Shown: positions 1-8,400 of the stretch, one piece after another
How the letters are laid out: every line of letters begins with the position of its first letter
Position numbering within the stretch: position 1 is the first letter of the stretch
Source: Candidatus Marinacidobacterales bacterium
Lineage (GTDB): Bacteria > Acidobacteriota > Vicinamibacteria > Marinacidobacterales > SMYC01
NCBI GenBank assembly: GCA_965237955.1
Contig: OZ250169.1
Span: 1,472,001 to 1,536,000, forward strand
DNA length: 64,000 nucleotides
Direction of reading: 5' to 3'
Position numbers and translations under genes: made by a program
Notes under the pieces: model-generated
Database searches by the model: none
Seen by the model: the letters and a program-made list of their open reading frames with translations, nothing else
Told to the model about the DNA's origin: nothing

Positions 1-161
1 AGTTCGACATTACAAAAAAGTAATTCTCCCGTAACGGCCCGGAGAGGCCCGCTCGCCTACACTCGAATCGAGCCGACGCACCTGGTCGTGTCACCCTGGA
101 ATGGCTCCGGACGCGCCGCCCTTTTTGGCGCGTCCGATCTTTGAAATCGAGGAGGCAAGCA

Positions 162-1637
162 ATGCAGCGATTTACAGTTTTGGCGGCGCTGGTCGCCGCG
201 AGCGCTTTCGGACTGTGGCAGCTCGCCCCGATGCCAGCGGTTTCGGCGGGCCCTTCCGTCGACCAACAGATTACGACCCTCGCCGGAACGCCGGCGAGCT
301 TCGCTGACGTCATCGAAGCCGTTCAACCGGCGGTGGTGAATATTTCCGTCACCGGACCCGCCGCGCCTCAGACCAGCGGTCACATCCCGATGCAACCGGG
401 AACGCCCGGAGCGGACAACTTCGAGGATTTCTTGAGACGTTTCTTCGAGCGTCAGAGCTATAACGTCAACGGCCCCACGCCGACGTTTCAAGGCATGGGT
501 TCCGGTTTCATCATCGACGCTGAAGGCTATGTCGTCACCAACAACCACGTCGTCGAGCACGCGTCCGAGATCGCCGTCACGCTCAATGACGGTACCCGGC
601 TCGAGGCGGAGCTCGTAGGCACCGACCCCAAAACGGATCTCGCGGTTCTCAAAGTCGAATCGGACGAGCCGCTCCCGTACGCTCGGTTCGGTGACTCTGA
701 TGCTACGCGGGTCGGCGACTGGGTCATTGCCATCGGCAATCCTTTCGGCCTCGGCGGATCCGTCACCACCGGCATCGTGTCGGCCCGCGGCCGCGACATT
801 CAATCCGGTCCGTTCGACGACTTCTTGCAGATCGATGCTCCCATTAACCGGGGCAACTCGGGAGGACCCTTGTTCGACTTGAACGGACAAGTCATCGGCA
901 TCAACACGGCCATCTTCTCGCCGAACGGCGGGAACGTCGGCATCGGTTTCGCCATCCCCTCCGAGCTCGCCGAATCCGTGATCGACCAGCTCCGTTCCTC
1001 GGGCCATGTCGAGCGCGGTTGGCTCGGCGTGACCATCCAGCAGGTCGACGAAGAGCTCGCCAGCGGTCTCGGATTCGATGGGGACACCGGCGCGCTCGTC
1101 GCGAGCGTCCTCCCGGAAAGCCCGGCCGACATCGCGGGAGTTCAACCGGGCGACGTCATCGTCGCTATCGACGGTGAGGACATTAACCATCTCAAGGAGC
1201 TCACGCGAAAAGTGGCCGCGGTCAAGCCCGACGAAAAAGTCGAGCTCGAGGTGTGGCGCAACGGTGAGCGCAAAACACTCGATGTTTCCGTAGGACGTTC
1301 GCCGAACGAGACCAAGAATGTCCGCGCCGAGACCACCGAGTCGAAAATGCGTCTGGGCCTAGCCTTGGGCGAGCTGACGAACGTCGCGCGCCAGCGGTTC
1401 CGTGTCGACGAAGACGTTCGCGGCGCGCTGGTGACGAACGTCGCGCCGCAAAGCCCCGCCGCGGCGAAAGGACTGAGGCCGGGAGACGTCGTCGTCATGG
1501 TGGGCCAGACCCAAGTGACGAATCTCGACGATGCGATGAGCGCCATCGAAGACGCCAAGTCGGATGGTCGCGAGAGCGTTCTGCTTCGAATCGTTCGCGG
1601 CAGCGATGCGCGCTTCGTGGTTGTCCCTTTCGTCTGA
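162..1637 (+). CDS. HtrA/DegP-family periplasmic serine endoprotease with two PDZ domains
   Basis: Signal peptide; TNNHV, DLAVLK and GNSGGPL catalytic motifs; two C-terminal PDZ-like repeats; GGAGG at 151-155 before ATG 162. Confidence 0.95.
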   Translation: MQRFTVLAALVAASAFGLWQLAPMPAVSAGPSVDQQITTLAGTPASFADVIEAVQPAVVNISVTGPAAPQTSGHIPMQPGTPGADNFEDFLRRFFERQSYNVNGPTPTFQGMGSGFIIDAEGYVVTNNHVVEHASEIAVTLNDGTRLEAELVGTDPKTDLAVLKVESDEPLPYARFGDSDATRVGDWVIAIGNPFGLGGSVTTGIVSARGRDIQSGPFDDFLQIDAPINRGNSGGPLFDLNGQVIGINTAIFSPNGGNVGIGFAIPSELAESVIDQLRSSGHVERGWLGVTIQQVDEELASGLGFDGDTGALVASVLPESPADIAGVQPGDVIVAIDGEDINHLKELTRKVAAVKPDEKVELEVWRNGERKTLDVSVGRSPNETKNVRAETTESKMRLGLALGELTNVARQRFRVDEDVRGALVTNVAPQSPAAAKGLRPGDVVVMVGQTQVTNLDDAMSAIEDAKSDGRESVLLRIVRGSDARFVVVPFV

Positions 1638-1655
1638 TTTTTGGACTAAGCTCTC

Positions 1656-1690
1656 GGGGAGGGTGCGGATGCACCCTCCCCTTTTGTGTT
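1656..1690 (+). terminator. Rho-independent terminator
   Basis: GGGGAGGGTGC-GGAT-GCACCCTCCCC followed by TTTTGTGTTT. Confidence 0.75.
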
Positions 1691-1695
1691 TCAAC

Positions 1696-2385
1696 ATGCG
1701 CGTACTCGTCATCGAAGACGACCTTGAGACCCTCGATTTCATCGTGCAAGGTCTGAGCGAGAGCGGCCACGTTGCCGACAAAGCCGATAACGGCAAGAAC
1801 GGACTGTTCATGGCACTCGAAGAGCCGTATGACGCCCTCGTCGTCGATCGGATGTTGCCGGGCCTCGACGGCTTGTCGCTCGTGCAAACGCTGCGATCGG
1901 AAGGCAAGCGCACACCGATTCTCATCCTGAGCGCGCTCGGTGAAGTGAACGATAGAGTCGAAGGGTTACGCAAAGGTGGCGACGACTACCTCGTAAAACC
2001 GTTCGCGTTCTCCGAGCTTCTCGCCCGGCTCGAAGTGCTCGCTCGCCGGGGAGATGCGGAAGCGCCGGAAACGAAGCTTTCCGCCGGGGACCTCGACTAC
2101 GACTTGCTCGCCCGAACCGTGACCCGCGCCGGGCGCACGATTGCGCTTCAACCTCGCGAGCTACGCCTTCTCGAGCATCTCATGCGACATCAAGGCCAAG
2201 TCGTCACCCGAACGATGTTGCTGGAGAAAGTCTGGGACTACCACTTCGACCCCCAAACTAACGTCATCGACGTCCATGTGAGCCGCCTCCGATCGAAGAT
2301 CGACAAGGACTTCGACTATCCCCTCATCCACACCGTTCGCGGCGTAGGATACGTGCTCCGTGTACCCGAAGAAGCTTCTTCGTAG
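1696..2385 (+). CDS. OmpR/PhoB-family response regulator
   Basis: MRVLVIEDD, DRMLPGLDG, KPF receiver motifs; wHTH with IHTVRGVGY. Confidence 0.95.
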   Translation: MRVLVIEDDLETLDFIVQGLSESGHVADKADNGKNGLFMALEEPYDALVVDRMLPGLDGLSLVQTLRSEGKRTPILILSALGEVNDRVEGLRKGGDDYLVKPFAFSELLARLEVLARRGDAEAPETKLSAGDLDYDLLARTVTRAGRTIALQPRELRLLEHLMRHQGQVVTRTMLLEKVWDYHFDPQTNVIDVHVSRLRSKIDKDFDYPLIHTVRGVGYVLRVPEEASS

Positions 2386-3721
2386 CTCGGCGTTCCGGCT
2401 CGCACTCGGCTACGTGGCACTGTTCAGTATCTCTGCGGTGCTGCTCCTGGCTTTCATCTATTGGTCGACGGCGTCCTATATGCAGCAGCAAGCCGATGAG
2501 ACCATCGAGGCCGAGATCGTCGGTCTCGACGAGCGGTACCGGCTGACCGGTCTCGCGGGTTTGACGGCATCGATCCGCGAGCGTCTCGGACGCCGGCCGG
2601 CGGGCTCATCGATCTACCTTCTGACGGACGGACTCTCGACTCCCATCGTCGGGAACCTCCGCCGCTGGCCGGCGGGTGAGCTCGACGCCGACGGCTGGAT
2701 GAGTTTCGAGCTCAACGTGATGAACGATGAACCGAAGCACGCAGTCCGGGCGAAACCGTTCGCGCTTCCCGGCGGTTTCCGTCTTCTCGTCGGACGCGAC
2801 ATGTACGAGCTCCAAACGATGCGATCGCGTCTCGTGGGAACACTGGGCTGGGGGCTGGCCCTCACGGTGGGCCTCGCCCTCGTGGGCGGCGTGGTGATGA
2901 GCCGTAGCCGAGTCCGACGGATCGGCGCCATCAACGAGGCCATCGGCGAAGTCATGGAGGGCGACCTCTCTCGGCGCATCCCGACCGAGTCCACCGGCGG
3001 TGACGTCGAGGAATTGGTAACCAAGCTCAACCGCATGCTCGATGAGCTCGAAAAGCTCGTCGAAGGCGTGCGCCGGGTTTCCGACAACATTGCCCACGAC
3101 TTGAGAACCCCTCTCGCACGGCTGAAGACGCGCTTGGAACGCTTGCGCTACGCCGGCGTTAGCGACGAGGCCGACAAGGCGGTCGAGGAGGCCGATAAAC
3201 TTCTCGCGACGTTCGCGGCGCTTCTACGGATCGCCCGCATCGAGTCGGGCGAGCGGCGCGCCGCGTTCCAGACGGTCGACCTCACCGGGCTCGTCGACGA
3301 CGTGGCCGAGCTCTACCGCCCGCTCATGGAAGAGCAGGGCAAGAAGCTCGTGATCCACAACGCTCCCGACATTACTGTGCGGGGGGATCGTGACATGCTG
3401 TTCCAGGCGTTCGCTAATCTCCTCGACAACGCGCTCAAACATACGCCCGCCGATGGGCGGGTCGAGCTGTCACTAGGGAAAGCGAACAGCCACATCCACA
3501 TCGTCGTTGCCGACGACGGGCACGGGATTCCGGCGGACGAGCGCGAGAAAGTGATCGGCCGCTTCTACCGGGTCGATCAAAGCCGCGCGACACCTGGCTC
3601 GGGACTGGGATTGAGCCTCGTTGCCGCCGCCGTCGAGCTTCATCACGGCAAGCTCTGCCTCGAAGACAACGCCCACGGGCAGGGACTACGCGTCGTGGTG
3701 CAACTTCACCACCCCGAATAA
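2360..3721 (+). CDS. Sensor histidine kinase (HAMP-HisKA-HATPase)
   Basis: Two TM segments; AHDLRTPL H-box; NLLDNALK, DDGHGI, GSGLGLS boxes. Confidence 0.95.
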   Translation: MYPKKLLRSSAFRLALGYVALFSISAVLLLAFIYWSTASYMQQQADETIEAEIVGLDERYRLTGLAGLTASIRERLGRRPAGSSIYLLTDGLSTPIVGNLRRWPAGELDADGWMSFELNVMNDEPKHAVRAKPFALPGGFRLLVGRDMYELQTMRSRLVGTLGWGLALTVGLALVGGVVMSRSRVRRIGAINEAIGEVMEGDLSRRIPTESTGGDVEELVTKLNRMLDELEKLVEGVRRVSDNIAHDLRTPLARLKTRLERLRYAGVSDEADKAVEEADKLLATFAALLRIARIESGERRAAFQTVDLTGLVDDVAELYRPLMEEQGKKLVIHNAPDITVRGDRDMLFQAFANLLDNALKHTPADGRVELSLGKANSHIHIVVADDGHGIPADEREKVIGRFYRVDQSRATPGSGLGLSLVAAAVELHHGKLCLEDNAHGQGLRVVVQLHHPE

Positions 3722-3820
3722 GCGTCGGGTTGCCACGGATTCGAGCACGGCGGTACCCTCGCTGAGCTTCCTCGATGAACGTTTGCTTCTACGGCCATCC
3801 CCGGCAACGAGTGCTAAGGT

Positions 3821-4803
3821 TCAGTCCTCAGGCTCCAGAGTTATGATGACATTTCCCTTCTTGCGCCCGGTGTCGACGTAGCTGTGAGCCTCGGCGATTT
3901 GCTCGAACGGATAGCGCCGATCAATGACCGGTTTGAATTCTCCGGCCTCAGCCAGTTCCGCGAGGAAACGCAAATCCTCTGCGTGCCCGGGTGCTGGCCC
4001 AGCGATTACTTTCTTGCTGCTTGTCATCGACACCCATGGAATCTGAAGCATGTCTAGCAGCCCACCTAAAACCAGAAGAAGGCGTCCTTTCTCTTTCAAC
4101 GAACGTTTGCTACGGGAGAACGGAGCCGTGCCGGCTGTATCGACAATGACGTCATAGGTTTCACCGTTTTCCGTAAAATCCTCTTTGGTGTAATCGATTA
4201 CATGATTGGCACCCAGAGATCTCACCATTTCCACGTTCGCGTCACTGCACACCCCGGTCACGTCTGCCCCGAAATGCTTGGCAAGCTGCACCGCACAGCT
4301 GTTCCTACCCCTCCGGAGGCGCCATTGACGAGTACTTTTTCTGCGCTCTGAAGGTTTCCTCTTCTGAAGAAATGCAACGCCGTTGTTCCGCCAAAAGATA
4401 TTGCGGCGGCTTTATCGTAGGTCAGATTGGCCGGTTTTAGTGCCACCGCCCCGTCTTCTGGCATGCATTTGTACTCCGCATGGCAACCCATGCCGGCACC
4501 GCTGAATGCAAAGACCTGGTCACCGACTTTGAATTTGTTTACGTCTTTGCCGACCGATTCAACTTCCCCGGCGAGCTCTGTCCCTAGAATAGGTTGCCTT
4601 GGTCTCGAGACTCCAAAAACCAAACGCGAGATGAACCCGAAGCCGACAGGCACATCGAGACTGCGCGCCCTCCAGTCCCCTGATGTTACCGTTGTCGCAT
4701 GTGTTTTTATCAAGACTTCATTGTCCTTGGGCGTGGGCTTTCCCACCTCCTTCAATTCAAGAACATCGGGCGGCCCATATCTTTCATACACAATTGCTTT
4801 CAT
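3821..4803 (-). pseudogene. MDR-family NAD(P)-dependent oxidoreductase, split by a frameshift near 4290
   Basis: [15 protein letters not shown]...[10 protein letters not shown] in one frame continues as QLAKHFGA...GRKKGNVII in another. Could be a sequencing indel. Confidence 0.85.
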
Positions 4804-4875
4804 ACGTCGCCCGGTAGTGGTCTAGTTTGAAATCGAGGCCGCTGGATAGACGCTTGCCTTGTGGTATCCTGTGGT

Positions 4876-5121
4876 ATGCCTACACGAGCAAGCAAGAAAA
4901 AGAGGCCACGTGATACCAATCAACTTGCCTGGCAGATCGTACAGGAAGCTACCGGCCAGGCCCCGCTAGAAGAAGAGGAAGAAGACACGCGGAATCCTGC
5001 CGCTGTGGCTCTCGCGAAGCTGGGTGCGTCCAAAGGCGGTAAGGCTCGAGCTAAAAAACTCAGCCCGGAGCGAAGGGCTGAAATCGCCCGAAAAGCGGCA
5101 AAAACCAGATGGAAAAAGTGA
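4876..5121 (+). CDS. Small basic IS-associated protein (KGG-motif; this type is often annotated histone H1-like)
   Basis: PRDTNQLAWQIV...AAVALAKLGASKGGKARAKKLSPERRAEIARKAA; TGn-TATCCT -10 ends 5 nt before the ATG. Confidence 0.85.
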   Translation: MPTRASKKKRPRDTNQLAWQIVQEATGQAPLEEEEEDTRNPAAVALAKLGASKGGKARAKKLSPERRAEIARKAAKTRWKK

Positions 5122-5285
5122 ACACGGGCTGTAATTAATCGCGTTGGTCTGGCTAGACGACCTATCGTGAAATGTAACTTCCCTCTACTGTAAATAACAA
5201 CAGCCCAGACGCAATCGCAGACGCCTAGTCCCTGTTACGATTTCTGGGTTGCGCCGTGTCCGCCTTCCTGTTACACTGATTAATC

Positions 5286-5681
5286 ATGGAAGCGAGAGAA
5301 GAACTACTTCAGCTGAGACAGCGTCTATCGGGCCGAATTGACGTCTTGCGCGCCGAGCTGGAAACCGTAGACGCATCGATCCGGCTCATCGAAAGAGAGA
5401 AAGGACTCGAACCCGCTTCTCACGGTGAGTTTGCGGAGATGGGCTTAACCGAGAGTTGCCTACGGATCCTTGAGGCTGACTTTCGCTCGCCGACGGAAGT
5501 CCGAGACCTTCTGATCCAGGGCGGCTATCCGAAATCAGACAGAAAGAAGCTTCTCGGATCCGTTTATGCCACTTTGAAGAGACTTCACGATGCGGGAAAA
5601 GTTGAGTTCCGAAAACGGCGTGGAGTAGGAGGACGAAAATATCGAGTAAAACACTACACTGCTGAACCGAGCGAAGAATAA
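5286..5681 (+). CDS. Coiled-coil plus winged-HTH protein (IS passenger)
   Basis: N-terminal heptad pattern; C-terminal SPTEVRDLL...SVYATLKRL...KYRV wHTH-like pattern; TTGCGC-17-TACACT promoter at 5249-5277. Confidence 0.7.
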   Translation: MEAREELLQLRQRLSGRIDVLRAELETVDASIRLIEREKGLEPASHGEFAEMGLTESCLRILEADFRSPTEVRDLLIQGGYPKSDRKKLLGSVYATLKRLHDAGKVEFRKRRGVGGRKYRVKHYTAEPSEE

Positions 5682-5708
5682 AGGGCGGGGCTCGAAAAAG
5701 CCCCGCCC
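5677..5708 (-). terminator. Terminator hairpin with its U-tract on the minus strand
   Basis: GGGCGGGGCT-CGAAAA-AGCCCCGCCC preceded on + by AATAAA. Confidence 0.6.
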
Positions 5709-5714
5709 ACAGCA

Positions 5715-5910
5715 CTCTTTTCAGTTTCCGGTCCTTCGGTGTGTTCACGCACATCGAAAAACATGGACCGGAAAAGAAGGAGGTAAGACGATGAAAGTAT
5801 GCTTCATCGTAGCCGTATTTCAGACGGCCAACGGATTTTACGCCGTGGTCGTCTGGATAATACGGCCCCCCGCTCCGGGTTGCTCCGGGGCGGGGACGCC
5901 TCCACTTTTC
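5715..5910 (+). ncRNA. Candidate structured RNA / type I toxin-like mRNA inside the IS
   Basis: Three consecutive long stems (5715-5782, 5812-5866, 5868-5895) plus a 3' anti-SD at 5898-5910. Confidence 0.5.
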
Positions 5911-5982
5911 GTTTGCATGATAGCGCATAAAGGGCTGTTTTGTAACCCCAAAAATATCGGGAGAAGTGTCGTTTTTGCTTGA
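5791..5982 (+). CDS. Small peptide with hydrophobic N-terminus
   Basis: Strong SD AAGGAGGT at 5777-5784; MKVCFIVAVFQTANGFYAVVVWIIR. Confidence 0.45.
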   Translation: MKVCFIVAVFQTANGFYAVVVWIIRPPAPGCSGAGTPPLFVCMIAHKGLFCNPKNIGRSVVFA

Positions 5983-6007
5983 CAATGCGTGCGCGAGCAA
6001 GCATAAT
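5979..6007 (+). promoter_or_regulatory. Sigma70 promoter of the transposase with overlapping palindrome
   Basis: TTGACA(5979)-17 bp-CATAAT(6002); ATGCGTGC-GCGA-GCAAGCAT dyad at 5985-6004. Confidence 0.8.
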
Positions 6008-6014
6008 GTCTATT

Positions 6015-6839
6015 ATGAACAAGCTAGATACGAAACGACGAGTGCATGTGGTCAAGGCTCTGGTCGAGGGCAATAGCCTTCGTGGAACAGCGCGGATGAC
6101 GGGCGTTGCGCGGGCGACGGTCGAGAAGCTGCTTCGAGAGCTCGGCTACGTTTGCGCCATGTATCAGGACGTCGCCTTTCAGAACCTGCCCTGCCGGAGA
6201 ATCCAGGTCGATGAGATCTGGTCGTTCACCTACGCGAAAGCGAAGAACGTCGCACGGGCGAAAGCGGCACCCGAGGGCGCGGGCGATACCTGGACCTGGA
6301 CGGCCATTGATGCGGATACCAAGCTTGTCCCGTGCTGGCTCGTAGGGGGCCGTGACGCTGGCTACGCGACGGAGTTTCTACAGAACCTCGCGGGACGGCT
6401 TGCCCACCGCGTGCAGCTCACCAGCGACGGGCACAAATGCTACCTCCAAGCCGTCGAGGATGCGTTCGGCGGGGATATCGACTATGCCATGCTGGTCAAG
6501 CACTATGGGAACGCGCCCGAAGGTCAGAGGCGATACAGCCCCGCCGTCTGCACCGGAGCGACGCGGATGCGCGTTACCGGCGACCCCGACGACGCGCACA
6601 TCAGCACCAGCTACGTCGAGCGCCAGAATCTCACGATGCGGATGGCGATGCGGCGGTTCACACGGCTAACGAATGCCTTCTCGAAGAAGGTCGAGAATCT
6701 AAAGCACTCGGTCGCTCTACACTACATGTACTACAACTTTGTGCGGATCCACAGCTCGCTGCGCGTGACCCCGGCGATGGCGGCTGGCGTCACCAACAAG
6801 CTGTGGAGCATCGAGGACATGATTGGGCTGCTAGATTGA
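6015..6839 (+). CDS. IS1-family DDE transposase (single ORF, HTH+DDE, no zinc finger)
   Basis: ALVEGNSLRGTARMTG HTH; QVDEIWSF, TSDG, TSYVERQNLTMR, YNFVRIH, TPAMAAG. Confidence 0.92.
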   Translation: MNKLDTKRRVHVVKALVEGNSLRGTARMTGVARATVEKLLRELGYVCAMYQDVAFQNLPCRRIQVDEIWSFTYAKAKNVARAKAAPEGAGDTWTWTAIDADTKLVPCWLVGGRDAGYATEFLQNLAGRLAHRVQLTSDGHKCYLQAVEDAFGGDIDYAMLVKHYGNAPEGQRRYSPAVCTGATRMRVTGDPDDAHISTSYVERQNLTMRMAMRRFTRLTNAFSKKVENLKHSVALHYMYYNFVRIHSSLRVTPAMAAGVTNKLWSIEDMIGLLD

Positions 6840-6920
6840 AACACGTAAAGATACTTGAGCCCAAAACAGATGGGAAGGCAAGCTCCCTCGGGGCGTCGCG
6901 TCTCCCGTAGTCTGGTTTCC

Positions 6921-7361
6921 TTAGATATCCTCAAAAAGGATCTGTTTCAAGGCAAGTCTGAGAATCTGCCACGGTTGGTACTGCCCTTCACCATCGATCG
7001 TATATCGGCAGTCCCCATCATTATTCAATTCTATTTTTAGAATGAGCGGGCCGTTACCAATTCGGGTTACGGAAATGTGGTCCGCCATCAGTCGGAACGT
7101 AACGTCAGCGGAACGTAGAAGAACTCCATCTTGCGGAGCTCTTGAGACTACGAGTTCCGTGTTGTCTTCTCCTGGTTCGCTAAACGACACGTCAAAACCA
7201 TCTTCTCGCTTGAGGCTTCGCTTTCTGCGCGTTACGTCATTTTGGGCTTGCAGCACAAGTTTTAGAAACTCATTCGATAATGAGCAGTCGAGTTGCGCCT
7301 GAACCCAGTCGAAATCGTCCGGTTTTGGACTCATTGCAATCAGTCTACTACAGGTCGTCAT
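6921..7361 (-). CDS. Hypothetical IS cargo protein
   Basis: 146-aa ORF, more AT-rich than host; likely start MSPKPDD at 7334; no family recognised. Confidence 0.6.
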   Translation of the reverse strand: MTTCSRLIAMSPKPDDFDWVQAQLDCSLSNEFLKLVLQAQNDVTRRKRSLKREDGFDVSFSEPGEDNTELVVSRAPQDGVLLRSADVTFRLMADHISVTRIGNGPLILKIELNNDGDCRYTIDGEGQYQPWQILRLALKQILFEDI

Positions 7362-7526
7362 TCAAGTGCTACCACCGGCTTGGCCCGAGCTGCTATGGAG
7401 CATCGAGGATATGTTGGGGCTGCTGGATTGAAACTAGACCACTACCCGTCGCCCTGCAGGGTTGCTTTGATCCGGTCATTGTGGTCAGGCTAGCAGCTCC
7501 CGGGCCGGGACGATGGCGCCCGGTGT

Positions 7527-8252
7527 CTACCGACGCCAGCGAAGCTCGAGCTCGTAGTTGTCGGCTCCTCGTTTGTCGTCTTCGATGCGAATGATCGCGG
7601 TGTAGCCGTTTTTGGCGTCGGGAGCCTGGATGAGCTCGACGACACCGCGACCGTCCAGCTTACGGAGCGACACCGGGACGTCGCGCTCGGGCAGAGAGGA
7701 CTCGAACTCGACCCGGTCCTCGCGCACACCCTGACCACCCAGGTTGGTGACGGTGTGGCTGCCACCGCGGATCTCGATCTCGGCGCCGATGTCGACGCGG
7801 CCCTTCCAGCGAAACACGCCGTCGTCGCCATCGGAATCGTCGTTCCAGCGATCGTCGCTACGCCCATCGCTTCCCCAATCGTCACCCCAACCATCGTCTT
7901 CGTCCCAAACGACCTCGAACTCGTAGTCACTCGCGCCGCCGCGGCGGTCTTCGATACGGACCACGACGGTGTAGTCGTTTCTCTTGCTCGGTTGTTCCAT
8001 CAGCCGAACCGTCCCGCGGCCCTCGATGGGATGAAGCTCGACCTCCACGGCGCGCGCCGGAAGGGGCGCACTGAAACGGTGGTCCTGGTACTGGATGGGC
8101 TTCGCCCCCAAGTGGTCGACGCGAACGGAGCGGCCGCGGATCAAGATGTCGTCCGCGCCATCGACCCGGCCCTTCCACTGGAACCGCTCTTCTGCTCTCG
8201 GAGCGGTCGCGCCGGCGAGCATGACCAACAGAAAAAGCAAAGCTCGTCTCAT
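7527..8252 (-). CDS. Secreted protein with two tandem ~95-aa repeats
   Basis: Signal peptide; F.WKGRVD...GRG.V.L...P...N.YT....IED...GA..YE twice, joined by an acidic linker. Confidence 0.8.
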   Translation of the reverse strand: MRRALLFLLVMLAGATAPRAEERFQWKGRVDGADDILIRGRSVRVDHLGAKPIQYQDHRFSAPLPARAVEVELHPIEGRGTVRLMEQPSKRNDYTVVVRIEDRRGGASDYEFEVVWDEDDGWGDDWGSDGRSDDRWNDDSDGDDGVFRWKGRVDIGAEIEIRGGSHTVTNLGGQGVREDRVEFESSLPERDVPVSLRKLDGRGVVELIQAPDAKNGYTAIIRIEDDKRGADNYELELRWRR

Positions 8253-8400
8253 CTGGCCTCCTTGCGTGTCATCGAGATGTTTCTTACACTGGATCCATTC
8301 TCGAAAATGAATGGCGCAAGCGCAAGCGCGCCACCTTCGCTACGCCCTCTTCGGATTTCCATCCTGGTCAGTAGCGCTCACTCGATAGGAGAAAAATAGC

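Larger units (their letters stand above)
4813..7446 (+). mobile_element. IS1-family (ISMhu11-like) cargo-carrying element, 2634 bp
   Basis: Perfect IRs GGTAGTGGTCTAGTTT (4813-4828) / AAACTAGACCACTACC (7431-7446); TSD CGTCGCCC at 4805-4812 and 7447-7454; internal DDE transposase. Confidence 0.95.

Noticed and set aside
57-1190. Long antisense ORFs (also 37227-38984, 55118-56257, 30333-31526, 22866-23780)
   Set aside because: Shadows of well-supported genes on the opposite strand in GC-rich DNA; no motifs.
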